A DNA stretch of 64,000 nt from Felis catus (Eukaryota): contig NC_058368.1 of assembly GCF_018350175.1 (NCBI RefSeq), forward strand, positions 41,728,001-41,792,000, in the 5' to 3' direction. The notes under the pieces were generated by a model, which searched no databases, was not told the DNA's origin, and saw only the letters and a program-made list of their open reading frames with translations. This document shows, in pieces, positions 25,346-37,560 of this stretch (its first letter is position 1; each line of letters opens with the position of its first letter). The translations under genes and the position numbers were made by a program.

Positions 25346-28300
25346 TGCTTTATTTCTCTCAGATGATATATGCTGGGATTTGGTTGTGTTCCAGAAAGTG
25401 AATTTTATCAGCAGAAGTACCAGAGCAAGCTTTTCTCTCATTTTACTCCAAAGGGCAACAGCACTGAGCTATAATGAGGTAATTTTTTTTCCAGCCATGC
25501 ACACTCTGTGTTCTGTCAGGCAGGGTTGTTTAAACCCAGTCCTGTCCCTTTCCAAAGCATGATAGACTCAATCACCAAGCTATCAAAGGCATTTCCACAC
25601 TACATCCCTCTCACACAAGGCCAATCTTCTGAACGTTGAAAAGGGCCTGGCAGCGAGGCCCTTCAAGATGAAGGCTGCATGCTGATTAATCAGTTGCTTT
25701 TTTATTCCATCTTGGCAAGTATTCCCTGTTTGTAAATAAAAGGTTTACCCTGAATTTCCTGTAAACTCAGAAACATAAGGCTGATTTGGACCTTAGTCAC
25801 AGAGCAAGAACAATGCCTGCTGTCCAGCCCACAGAGATGTGCAATGTCCACAGTCACAAATACTCCTTAACATCTGGAAGCATACCCAAGTATAAGCTAA
25901 TCTGAAAACAATTGTCATCTCCTAAGATAAAGCAGAGCAGGCTGGCTTAAATTTTTTTTTCCATCTCTGTGACTTTAACACTCCCCATTTTGGGGGTGAG
26001 ATCCCAGTGAGCATATTTGCAAAGGTATTGGAGTTTACCCTACACAATAAGCTTGTGGGGGTAGGGAGGAACATCAATAAAACAGGAGATCTTTTTTTCA
26101 ACAAATAAATTAGTGTACTCTCACTCGTCAGATGGTAAATAGCTAATGGAAAAGGAATGTGACAGACCACAAGGACTAAGAATTGTCTGCAAACTGGCAG
26201 GCGCAGTGATTTGCAGATGACCCAAATTATTTTCAGGCAGTTTGGCACATCTCTATTTGTCACACGTATACTACCAAGCCAATTGCATTCAATTAATGTG
26301 GAGTATTTTCCTTTTCTTAAAGTGGGAACAAAACAGCAAGCATTTCTTGATTACTCTCAAACACCCCCAAACAGCAAGACTTCTAAGCCTCTTGTCACCA
26401 TTCACCTTAGGTTATCTTTCACGATGAGCATAGGACCACTTAAAGATTCATTCTTGACTAGGGATTTTGGTGCATACGGAAGCATGTCTGCTGTATGCAC
26501 TGAGTGTATGAGCTCCAAGGGCTTAGACAATATGGTTCTTGAAACAACCTTCTGTGATAAAGATTTGGCATTTTTTCTTCTCAGTTTGAAAGCAAGGTAA
26601 AGAGGCTTATTTTGCGAGAGGTGAAACCCTCTGAATCAATACCAGGGGTTGACACTAGGATATAAACCCATCCATCACAAGGCGGCCATTATAGCAATGA
26701 CTCACAATAGGGTCCATGCAGTTGGTGGGGCAGCCTGGGTACTTAGGGAAATGCAGGAATGAGAGTTTTATTTCTAAAATCCCTTCCTCAATGCGGTAGA
26801 ATTCATGAGCTACACAGTCCAGAAAATACTGGTTAGGAGCCCTTGCTTCTAGCCCCAGCTCTTTCCCCACCTGGCTACGTGTCAGCTAACCTGTGTAGGT
26901 ATGGCTTTACACACCCTTCAAGTGAAGAATTAACCCAGACAAATGCAAATGGCACCTCCCAACTCTAGGAATCTATGAATCACAAACACCCACAGAAGGG
27001 TTTTTATTAATTCCAAATGAATGCATAAAAGTCAGAACGGCTCATAACAAAAGCAAACAACCAATAGGCAAAAGAAAAATGCTCATTTCCCCCAAACACA
27101 GTCATTTCATTATATTAAATTTAGGATTATGGGGGTACGTTAACTCTTTCAGGCCTTGAGGGCTTTTGTGTCACGACAACACCTCTTTACAACTAAAATT
27201 GCACTATGTATTACAATTATAAGTTATAGCTAGCTATATAAATTTTATACACGGATATAAAATGTACCTGGCACAGGAAATTTAAGAATGTCTCTAAAGA
27301 AAAATATATTAAAGCTCCCGTTCAATTGCATACCAAATGTATTTTAATGTATTCATGTTTCTGAACATATGTAATACACAAATAGAATGCAATAGTATTT
27401 CGCATTTACATCTTGAATTTTAATAGTTTTAGTGAGTCGCTCTGTTTAGATGGAAAAAAAGATCTTTAACAGTTACAATTCCCTTATCATTCAGTGTACT
27501 TAAAATGTATAAATGTTTCAGGCCTTAGGCTATGGTTGAGACTGCAAATTAGAAACCAAAACAAATGTCAAAATGGGCAAAAATGATTCTACCACTCCGT
27601 ATTGCCCCACTCCCAGAAAACTTGACTCCTGAAATGATCTGCAAACAAAATCCGTCACATCTCCTTTCTCCTGCTCACTCAGTGTGTCCTCCACCCTAAT
27701 TGAGACCTAAGATACTTTGGGCGCTTTCTGCCCCCCGCGTTCATGAATTTCTTTCTGGCCGCACCAGCCCTCTTGCCCTGGCTTCTCCCCTCCCCCCATG
27801 AGCAGGCATTTTGGGTCCTCCTGCAAGGACCTTATAAAGCCTCGCTCTGCTGACCTGCAGTTCTGGCCTCCTTGCTAATTCTTTACCCTGCAAAAGCCTC
27901 ACCCGTCTGCTTCCTTTGCTTCTCTCTCGAGCTGCCAGCTAGGGCTGGAGCAACTCCGAAACTGGTGTTGACAGGCTCTTCTACAAATCTGTGCTGTTCA
28001 ACCTCCACTCGACCCTCCCTGGTGTTCAACAATTCCTGTAATGATCGCTTATTGACTCACGGGAGAATTCAACATGGTAGCTTTTCTTCAGGCCTCAGTT
28101 CGGGCCTAAACGCTTCATTCTTGGCAAATGACACCATCTGTTATTTAACGGAGAAGCCTTGAATTGGAGCCTTAATTTTCTTTATCTTTTCCCTTTACTC
28201 TCATTCCTTTTCTTCATTAGTCTCTCAGAGAAAGAACCTCTACCCTTCTTTGCCCCTAATCTTTCACCTGTTTTCTTTTATCTCTTTTGCTGTCACATTC

Positions 28301-28847
28301 CTGGGATCTTGCTGGTTTACCAGCACACCACTGGATCTTGATCTGTAAATCTTCACCCACCCTCCCTGACCAGACAAGACACAGTTCCGTTCAACTTCCC
28401 CGTCTGCAGATTTCTTCCACTGAAGACGTAACTGCCCTCCCGCCAAACAAGAAACCAAATTCAACAAGGAAAAACACTTTCCCCTAACCTACTGCTCTCT
28501 CTCTCTCAAGTGCTCACATGGTTGTAATTTACCTTTCTTTTTGCTACCAAGTTTCTCTAATGATTAATAGCCTAAGGCCTAATAGATTCCACTTCCACAT
28601 CACCTTTCAAAGTCCTTGCAATCAGCACCCTCCCCCGACTAAAATTATTTTTTCAAGGTCACACTTGACTTCCACGTCAGCCAATTGCGTTTTATTTCCT
28701 GCCAGCCATGTTCCTTTCCCTCCTTCCAGCACTCCTACAGCTTATCACGCCTGTAAGCTTCCTCCTTCCTTGTGCATTAGGAGTTTCAGCCTAGGATTCA
28801 AACCTTGTGCACATGTATCATTCAGATAGAAGCGGGATGCCAAAAGC

Positions 28848-28978
28848 AATGGTGACCAAACACATCCGTGCATCAGAGCAATCTGGAAAATAGATTCCTG
28901 GGCTCACACCAGACCTCCTGATTCAGACACTGCAGTGGTGTGATTCTGAAGTACTCAGTTTGTCAAGCATGGATCCAG
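28848..28978. mobile_element. Degenerate MER5-type MITE
   Basis: agattcctgggctcacaccagacctcctgattcaga. Confidence 0.55.
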
Positions 28979-29786
28979 AGACCTGCAGGGATGAGGTAGC
29001 TACAAGAGGAAAACACCTCCTCATATGATAACCAGTAGGCAGTGTTTGCTGGAAGAAGGATGCTGAGGCATGCTGGGCTCTCAGTAAAGGTTTGCTGAAG
29101 AAATAAATTTATGAGTAACTGCCTTGGCTATTAAGGAGAGGCCATGATTTAACATATAATCCTGCGTTTTTTCACTTTTTTTTGTTTTCTGTCCAGTTCT
29201 CATTGTCTCAGGGATGACAAGCTATTGCTATTTGATATTTAGGACCCAGAGCAGAAACTATTGTGATCAACATAGAGAAGGTGAGAGAAGGTTTCCTCCT
29301 TCTTTGGATCAGAGTGTGGCACTGTGCTTTGGAGGAGATGGAAAATGTGTCATAGCTTTGGCACATTCAGAACTCTTTGCACAGCAGCAGTGCCCACAGC
29401 CCTGGCAGGTCTTGTAGCATCCGACATGCCAGGGGCACCAAGTGCCAACATCTTCCACAGCAGCTGATGGGAGAACCAGGGCTTTGGAGCAACAGGAGAG
29501 ATGGTATTATCAGCAGTAATCCCAACAGCAGTGGTGCTACTTTTACCTGGCTTAGCCAGTGGGGGAAATTTGGCCAAGTGGATTACCAGAAGAGGGCCAA
29601 AGAAGGGAAATGTTAAACACCAGTTACAAGCTGCAGGAATGGAGCCCATGGAAGCTGCATGTCTTGCAAGGTCAGAAGGATTAATGCTCAGGAACTATTG
29701 GTTCTTATTACCAGCTTGATTACCTCTTTATCTATAGATGTGTATGGTCAAAAGAAATCCTTGACATTAAAAATACTACAGAGTCA

Positions 29787-29908
29787 GGGGCACCTGGGTG
29801 GCGCAGCCAGTTAAGCGTCCAACTTCGACTCAGGTCATGATCTCACAGTTCGTGAGATCGAGTCCTGTGTCAGGCTCCATGCTGATAGTGTGGGGCCTGC
29901 TTAGGATG

Positions 29909-29945
<37 letters not shown>

Positions 29946-30010
29946 CCTCTCTCTCTGCCCCTCCCCCACTCACTCACTATCTCAAAATAAATTTAAAAAA
30001 AAAACTTAAA
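29787..30010 (+). mobile_element. Can-SINE
   Basis: Degenerate TSD aaaaatactacagagtc / aaaaatattacacagtc; long (CT)n. Confidence 0.95.
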
Positions 30011-30089
30011 AAAATATTACACAGTCCTGGTTCTATTGATATTGCTCTCACTGACCCTCTACTCTTTTAAATCATTTTTATCATACCCT

Positions 30090-31040
30090 TAAATTTTAGG
30101 CATTCCCAAGGTACTTCTGTTGGTCACTTCACACTCTACATGCTCACTGATATTATCTAATCCCACATTCAACATAATCTCTATTCATATGATACTCAAC
30201 TTATAACTTCCAAACTTGTCTCAGCTCTGACCTCCAGATTCCTAGATCAGTAAAAAATATCTGACTTGACGTCTCACGTATACTGAGTCAACTCATCCTA
30301 AAGTCAATTCATTAGCTTATGCCCCATACTTCTTCTTTCCGACCCCCAATGCATATTGCATTGCAACTTCTTCTTTCCGACCGTAGTGCATACAACAACA
30401 TCATATTCCCAATTATATAGGCATGAAATCTTCAAGTAATCCCATCCCTCTTCACCAGGGCACTACACAGTTAATCATTTCCTTTTCTTGACCCAGTATA
30501 TTCCCTTCCTTTGGTTTCGAGCAAACACTCTGCTGGAGTTCTTCCCTGACATCACTGCCCACTCCTCCTCCAACTTTTTGGTGATGGGCTACCAAGTGCT
30601 GGAGTATTACAAGGCACAGTCCATAGTCCTTAGACCTCTTCTCTTCTCTAACGGTATTCATGGCAGATGGAATCTCATATAGTCTCAGTTTTCTCTTGTG
30701 TATCTTAGTCAGTGAAAAATCAATGCTCCTGGTGTCTCAGGATGAAAATCTTATAATTATTTCACATAACCATCTTTTACTCCACCCCATGTTCATTGCA
30801 CAGTCACATTCTGTGGGTCTTTGTAAGTAATCCAGGGTCTGCCACTTCTCTCCATGTCTAGCACCTTGTCCAAATTGCCATCATTTCCTGCCTTGATATT
30901 ACAATAACCTCCTAACTGGTCTTCCTACGTCTTATTTCTACATGTACTCTTCAAACACAATTAGAGCGAATCTCTTGGTCTTTATGTCAGATTGCGTCAT
31001 TTTTCTCTTTACAACTCTCCTAAAACTTCCATTTCACTTT
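30090..31040 (+). mobile_element. L2 fragments
   Basis: agtccttagacctcttctcttctcta; catcatttcctgccttgatattacaataacctcctaactggtcttcct are L2-like motifs; boundaries approximate. Confidence 0.65.
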
Positions 31041-31687
31041 AATCACTAGATTGATCATTGACAATGTCTATGCTACTTAATAGCTTTCGAAATATCATAG
31101 GCCAAAATGCTACTTGCCTTCTTGACAAACTCCATGGCTAATCTTTTCTCATTTACATTGTTCCAAAGAATACATGACCAAGGATATGGGTGGTGTGACC
31201 CATAGGATAAGCATTATAATATTAATCATCATAGAAATTAAAAAGAGCTATATCAGCAATAATCATTCATAAAGAACTTACTTCAGTCCAGACACAATAC
31301 TAAACACTTCACATGTATTCTCTCATTTAATCCTGTCTACAATTCCATAATTTAGTTGTTAAAATCATCCTTCTTTGGCAGAGTAGCCAAGTTTTGACAG
31401 ATGAGCCCGGCTTGGCCAGCTATATTTTGGGTAAGTTAATTTAAATAGTACTAGAAGATAATGGTATTATGATAGTAACTAATAATGGAAGAGTAATTTG
31501 AACCACATTATACCTTCATGCCAGGAGTCTCCTACGGCTAACAATAGCAAAAACTACCAGTAATGAGGCTACTTCTGTTCTTTCTAAGAAATTGGTTGTA
31601 TATTGTATATTTAAAGTAAGGAGGTAGTAAAAGAAAAAAAAAGGTGTATGTTTGATTTATAGTTATCCTACGGGAAAAACACAACTA

Positions 31688-32241
31688 CAGTTGACCCTTG
31701 ACCAATGTAGGGGTTGGGGCACTGAACCCTATGCAGTTGAAAAGCTGTGTATCACTTTTGACTCCACTAAAACATAACTGCTAATGGCTTACTGCTGATC
31801 AGGAAGACTTACAAGTAACACACAGTCGATAACACATATTTTGTGTGTTATACGTATTATATGCTGTACTGTTATCAGAAAGTAAGCGAGAGGAAACAAA
31901 AATGGTATTAAGAAAATCATAAGAAGGGCGCCTGGGTGGCTCAGTCGGTTGAGCATCCAACTCCTGATTTCGGCTTGGGTCATGATCTCCTGGTTTGAGG
32001 GTTCGAGCCCCACATCAGGCTCTGCACTGTCAGTGCATGGAATTCTCTATGTCTCCCTCTCTCTGCCCCTCCCCTGCTCATGCTCTCTTTCTCTCTCTCT
32101 CTTAAAATAAGTAAATAAAACTTAAAAAAATTCATAAGAAAGAGAAAATACACTTACAGGACTGTACTGTAATAACTGGAAAAAAAAATCCATTCATAAC
32201 TGCCCATGCAGTTCGAACCCATGTTGTTCAAGGGTCAACTG
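31688..32241. mobile_element. Tigger2a/MER8-type non-autonomous Tc1/mariner element
   Basis: TIRs cagttgacccttga ... tcaagggtcaactg flanked by TA on both sides; interrupted by a SINE. Confidence 0.92.
31926..32130 (+). mobile_element. Can-SINE nested in Tigger2a
   Basis: TSD aaaat(t)cataagaa on both sides. Confidence 0.94.
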
Positions 32242-32368
32242 TATTTACTTTATTCAAGGTCAATATTCAGTGAAATAATGGAAAATGGGAACAGTATTCC
32301 AAATTCTCAAATATTTTTGAGTGCTATTACCACACACTGAGCTAAGTTACTCCATATTACCTCATTTA

Positions 32369-32590
32369 TTTAAAAAAAAATTTTTTTAATGTTTATTTAT
32401 TTTTGAGACAGAGAGAGACAGAGCATGAACGGGGGAGGGTCAGAGAGAAAGGGAGACACAGAATCGGAAGCAGGCTCCAGGCTCTGAGCTGTCACCACAG
32501 AGTCTGACGCGGGGCTCGACCTCACAGACCATGAGATCGTGACCTGAGCCGAAGTCGGAAGCTCAACCGACTGAGTCACCCAAGCGCCCC
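32369..32590 (-). mobile_element. Can-SINE (SINEC_Fc/Fc2-like) inserted in a MIR
   Basis: Perfect TSD catattacctcattta 32353-32368 / 32591-32606; MIR-like flanks (ctcatttaatct, atgaagaaactg). Confidence 0.96.
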
Positions 32591-33015
32591 CATATTACCT
32601 CATTTAATCTGCACAATACCACAAAGTTTATCTTGCTTTTACACATGAAGAAACTGCATTTGAAAGAGATTAGCTGACACGCTCAGGACCAGAAGACACA
32701 GATTGACTGAATAAATATATTCCAAGCTATATCTTCTTAATTTTGGCCTAGTTTAATTCCTCACTGTAACAAAATAAATACAAAACAAACTGGCTTCACA
32801 CTATACGTTCCTTTCCTATGTCGCATCCTTTCCCTCAAAGTTGTAATTGATGCTACACATGGAAACATTCTCAAGAGAGCTGCTTAACTTTAATCACAAA
32901 TAAATAGCGACTAAAGATACTTCCATTTTGCCTTTGTTTGTAAGCCACCTAATTAAGAGGTTTCTCTGAAATTGTCCATGCTTGGGCATGTCATAATTCT
33001 TCTTTATGCCCTATA

Positions 33016-33416
33016 TGATAGTAGGGTCTGCTTGGGCTGCATTAACAAAGTACCACAGGCTGGGTTGCTGAGACAACAGAAATTTATTTCTTAGTTCTGG
33101 AGATGGGGAAGTCCAAAATCAAGGTGCCAACGAGGTAGGTTTCATTCTGAGGACTCCTTTGGCTTATGGGTGCCAACTGTCTCTCTGTGCACTCACCACA
33201 CCTCTTTCTTTGCGCTCTCATGGAAAGAGAGAGCAAATGCGTGAGCTCTCTGGTGTCTCATCTTCTAAGGACACTAATCCTACCAATCAGTGCCTCACGC
33301 TTATGTCCACATTTAACTTTAATTATTTCTTTACAGACCCCATTTCCAAGCACAGCTACACCAGGGTAGGGCTTCACATAAGAATTTTGGAGGGACAAAA
33401 ATATTCAGGTATGACA
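33016..33416 (-). mobile_element. MLT1A-like (MaLR) solo LTR
   Basis: gggctgcattaacaaagtaccacaggctgggt...caacagaaatttatttc...ctctctggtgtctcatcttctaaggacactaatcc. Confidence 0.88.
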
Positions 33417-35049
33417 AGAATCCATTTTGTCACTGGTCCTGTATACATGTTTTATAACCAATAGCTGGGCGTGTTTCCAGAAGGTCACAATTCCAAAATA
33501 AAACTGCTAGTTGACATGGATTGTCACAAACATCTGGCAACCTACAGATGGATCACATTGCTGTGGAGCACTAAATGGATTCTTCCATTCGGATCCATCC
33601 ATTAAATGATAACCATGACCTAATGCACAGTCGTGATCAATACAGATGGACACAGTGGCTGTAAAACAGCCTCTCTAACCAGGGAGGGTAATCCTCCATT
33701 TTACAGATTTGAAGAGCCAATCAATTAAACACTGGATAAGGTCAAATAGTATTGATTCAAGATTCAATGAAATCTCTTCCTTTACCTTCCCCTGTTTTGA
33801 TTTTTTTTTGTGTGTGTGTGACCTAAGTATGGTTTCTTTAAAATACATTTTTACAGTGGCTGCACTTCCATATTGGTAGAAAGTGAGTGGTCCTCAAACA
33901 TAATGATTCACTGGCATTGGAATCAATAGTGTTATAAAACCTCGAAGGCATGAAAAGGTTGAAAAATAAAAATATTAATGCCTAAACTTCAAGAGCATAC
34001 TTAAGAAGTAGAATTTAAGAGATGCCCATTGCTAGCGGGAGGTAGGTAGTTTATAAATCAATTGAGACAAACAACTCCCTCCAGTGTATCTGTGAGTGTT
34101 GAAAATAAAACAACATAAGGGTATCGTTAATAACGAGCTTAAGTGTTCTTCATTCAACTCTGATTTTTGACACAATTTCAGATTACTTCTTGAAAGTGCT
34201 CTTGGTACTTATAAGGCAAATTTTGTATACACTTTATGCTTTATTCTGTGCCACTTTTGGTTCTACTGACACCTCTTTTTGCAGTCGATAACCCTTTTCG
34301 ATGTCATAATCTAAAGTCACGTCTTCTAAGCTTACTCAATATGATGATGTTTTCATCGTCCTAAAAATGTAATAAAATAGTGTTTTGTAAGTGGAACAAA
34401 TGCATTTCAGAGCTCTGTCTGCATTGGAGTCTCAGATACTTAAGTACATTCCTCTGTCTGGAGATAGAACTGTTTGCTGCTGTATTTTTATCTAACTGTC
34501 TCCAGGAACTAGTAAACAGAGAATTGTAAATATTGCATGCTTGGAAAAATTCCACCTGGCACAAATCAGTCACTAGGTGGCTGAATATTGTGAATGGAAA
34601 CAACTGGCAAGAAGGAAAATCCTCTTGTTAGAGGACAGCAGCACACGGTGTTCTGTTTCGAAAACAAAAATTTGCTTTTAGGAGCTTTGATAATGTTTTA
34701 ACAGAAACAACAGCCCTTTCTCTGTTTACTCCTCTCTTGTGCTTTCTTTTTAACCACATGAATTTTGAACTTGGTTGGAGTGGGTTTTCTTTTCTTTTTT
34801 TTTTAAACTTCACCCAAAGAGAAGCTAGAGAATACAAGATTAAATATCAGGTTCCCTCTTATTTTCCGGATTTATTCTGTAGTTGGAAGTCTCTTTGACA
34901 TTTTTTATTTTAAAGAAAGACATTCTTTAATCAACTCAAAAAAGCTGAAATGCAATATGAAGGCATTTAATAGCACAGCAATTCTTAAACTCTAATGTGG
35001 CTTTCTCTTGCTTTTAAGATGAAAATGAGTTGTTTGTTTTTGTTTATTT

Positions 35050-35251
35050 ATTTTAAAGTTTACTTATTTATTTTGAGAGAGAGAGAGAGAGCCAGAGCTG
35101 GGGAGGGGCAAAGAGGGCAAAGAGAGAATCCCAAGCATACTCCATGATGTCAGCAAAGGAAACAACCCACGGCTTTATCTCAGGAATCTCGAGATCATGA
35201 CCTGAGATGAAACCGAGAGTCAGACACTTAACTGAGCCACCCAGGCACCCC
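35050..35251 (-). mobile_element. Can-SINE
   Basis: Antisense copy ending gagccacccaggcacccc. Confidence 0.93.
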
Positions 35252-35687
35252 ATGTTTTGTTTTATTTCTAATGAGAAAAATTATATGTGCAGAGATCTTG
35301 AGAGTGGCATATTAAAAATCTAATTTCCTGTCTGTTGCAAAGCTTTTACTTAGAAAAAAATTGACACACTTCTTTCCCATGTGATTAAAGAAGTGTAGAA
35401 AGCGACAAACACTTTAGAACAGAAATAAAAGTAAGAAAAAAATGGAAAAGAGAAACAGTTGCTTACAAAATGGAGTTTAAGAATGTCATACTTATTGAAC
35501 AAGATCATATGTGGAAAGGCTTTCATTTTGACAAGGATGGTTTAGCAAATTAAAAAAAAAAATGCCCCTCCCTCTTCCTAACACCATTTAGGACCCACTG
35601 CTTCCACTAGTACGTTTCTATAGCATAAAACAGCTACCTATAATTTTCATATATACTTCCCTCATTCCATCCCAGGACTCATACTAG

Positions 35688-35921
35688 TCAAACTTTAATA
35701 TGCATATAAATTGCTATGATGCATATTCTTCTTAGTAAGTCTGGGGTGGGGCCTAAAAGTCTGCATTTTCTTTTTCTTTTTTTCTTTGAAATGCTTATCT
35801 ATTTTGAGAGAGAGAGAGAGACAGTGTCTAAGAGCACACCAGCAGGGAGGGACAGAGAAAGAGAGAGAGAATCCCAAGCAAGCTTCGCACTGTTAGAGAA
35901 GGGCACACTGGAGTAACAAGG
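35688..35921 (-). mobile_element. MER5A1-like MITE interrupted by a partial SINE
   Basis: tcaaactttaatatgcata...agtctggggtggggcctaaaagtctgcatttt [SINE] gggcacactggagtaacaagg. Confidence 0.75.
35767..35895 (-). mobile_element. Can-SINE, 3' half only
   Basis: Poly(T), (GA)n, gagagaatcccaagcaagcttcgcactgt, then homology stops; no head and no second TSD. Confidence 0.88.
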
Positions 35922-36080
35922 CTAGAGTATAAGCTGAAGGTTAAGTTTCTCCAATACAGTCTAGAGGCACATTTATAGACGAGTCATTGCTTGATTGTGC
36001 ATAGTGGTTTCTCACCTTACAACAACTTAAACCAAGTGAATACTACATTTTAACTCTCCAGCTGGAATAAGAAGCAAGAG

Positions 36081-36737
36081 CAGTCAGTCTTCCTTACTCA
36101 CAAATTCTGTATTTTGAAATATAACTACTTACTCAAATTTATTTGTAATCTCAAAAGTCAATGACCATGCCTTTGCAGTCAGTAATGGACATGTACAGAG
36201 CAGTGGAAAATTTGAGTCACCTGATGTACATGTTCACAGCTGAAGTTTAAAATAAGGTGACTTTCTGCTTTCTTGTTGCAATTCTTACAGTGTAAACAAG
36301 TGTCCTTTTGAGGTCTATTTACTGCCATATTATGTTCCATTTTTTTGTGCTTTTTTTTTTTTTTTTGGTGATTTCACTGTTTAAAATGACCCCAAGCATA
36401 AGGCAGAAGTGCTGTCCAGAGTTCTTAAGATCAAGAAAGCTGTGATGTGCCTTACAGAAAAAGTACATGTGTTAGATAAGCTAAGTTCAGGCATGAGTTA
36501 TGGTGCTGTTGGCCATGAGTTCAGTGTTAATGAATCAACAATATATATTAAATGAAGTGTCTTCAAATAGAAACATGCATAAAACAAGTTCATATATTGA
36601 TTGATGAAAATAATGTGACCAGATGTTCAGTGGAACATAACCCTATACTTCCCGAAAGAACAATTCAGTGTTGGCTAATTTAGTGTTCATGGTGACTTTA
36701 TAGAATACTACTACTAAAAATAACAAGAATTGACTTT
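36081..36737. mobile_element. MER44 (Tigger7-derived) DNA transposon
   Basis: gtgatgtgccttacagaaaaagtacatgtgttagataagct...ggcatgagttatggtgctgttggccatgagttcagtgttaatgaatcaacaata. Confidence 0.88.
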
Positions 36738-37384
36738 ACCTTTTGTACTATTCTAGGAAAAAACTTCAATGGAAACATATATTCCAAATTGATGTCCCCC
36801 TTGACTATAATATTCCTTTTTGGGTGTCCACTCTAACAGACTCTCAAGCTAGATATTTCCAAACTCTTTTAAGCAGTAAAAAATAGTTTATTAAATGAAA
36901 GGTTAAGCTTTTATGGAATTGTTGAAGCTTCACAGAAGCTTTGCATTTTAAAGGTTAGCTTGAAAACCATTCTTTTGAAAGAATCTTACAGTTTAGGCAT
37001 TTGACAAGGTCATTCAGTTCTACAATATGTTTCCTCTTCCAACTCCTGTCTTTGATAAACCAAAATCAGTTTTCTTCAAAGCTCCTCTACAAACCCCTTA
37101 ACAGGTTCATAGCTCTTGTTCTACAATTATAATACCCTATATTTATTTTTCTCACCAATATATTTTTTTGGTCAGTCCTTTTTGCTCAAAAAAAGAAAGA
37201 TTGAAAATTCATCATCATATGAAAGACAATAATGTAACTTGTTTACAAAAGGCAATTGAAACAAAGTAAAATAACAAAGATGATGTGTCAATACCATTAA
37301 CAGTGACCGTGTGGGGTCCAGATAGACTAAATTAAGGACTATTTTTTAAAAGTAAAAGGAAATCCTGGAGTGGTAGCCAAATCA

Positions 37385-37560
37385 CTTACCACTGAACAAA
37401 TATATGTTCAGTACCTGCTATGTGGGTTTGTGCACGAATTCAGTGTCTTGTTTAATTCTCACAACACTCCTTTGATGACAGGGCTACCTTATGAGGAAAC
37501 TGACACACAGTGCTTAGGTAATTTGCTCAAGGTCACAATCAGTACATGGCAGAAGGAGAA
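37385..37560 (-). mobile_element. MIR
   Basis: atgaggaaactgacacacagtgcttaggtaatttgctcaaggtcaca. Confidence 0.8.

Noticed and set aside
30431..30442. ttcaagtaatcc matching the 5' end of miR-26
   Set aside because: Only 12 nt, lies in L2-like sequence, and has no complementary arm
34266..34360. CpG-rich minus-strand segment with an acceptor and peptide VSLEDVTLDYDIEKGYRLQKE, faintly kinase-like
   Set aside because: In-frame stop immediately upstream, no kinase motifs and no neighbouring exons; not supportable as a pseudogene without a search
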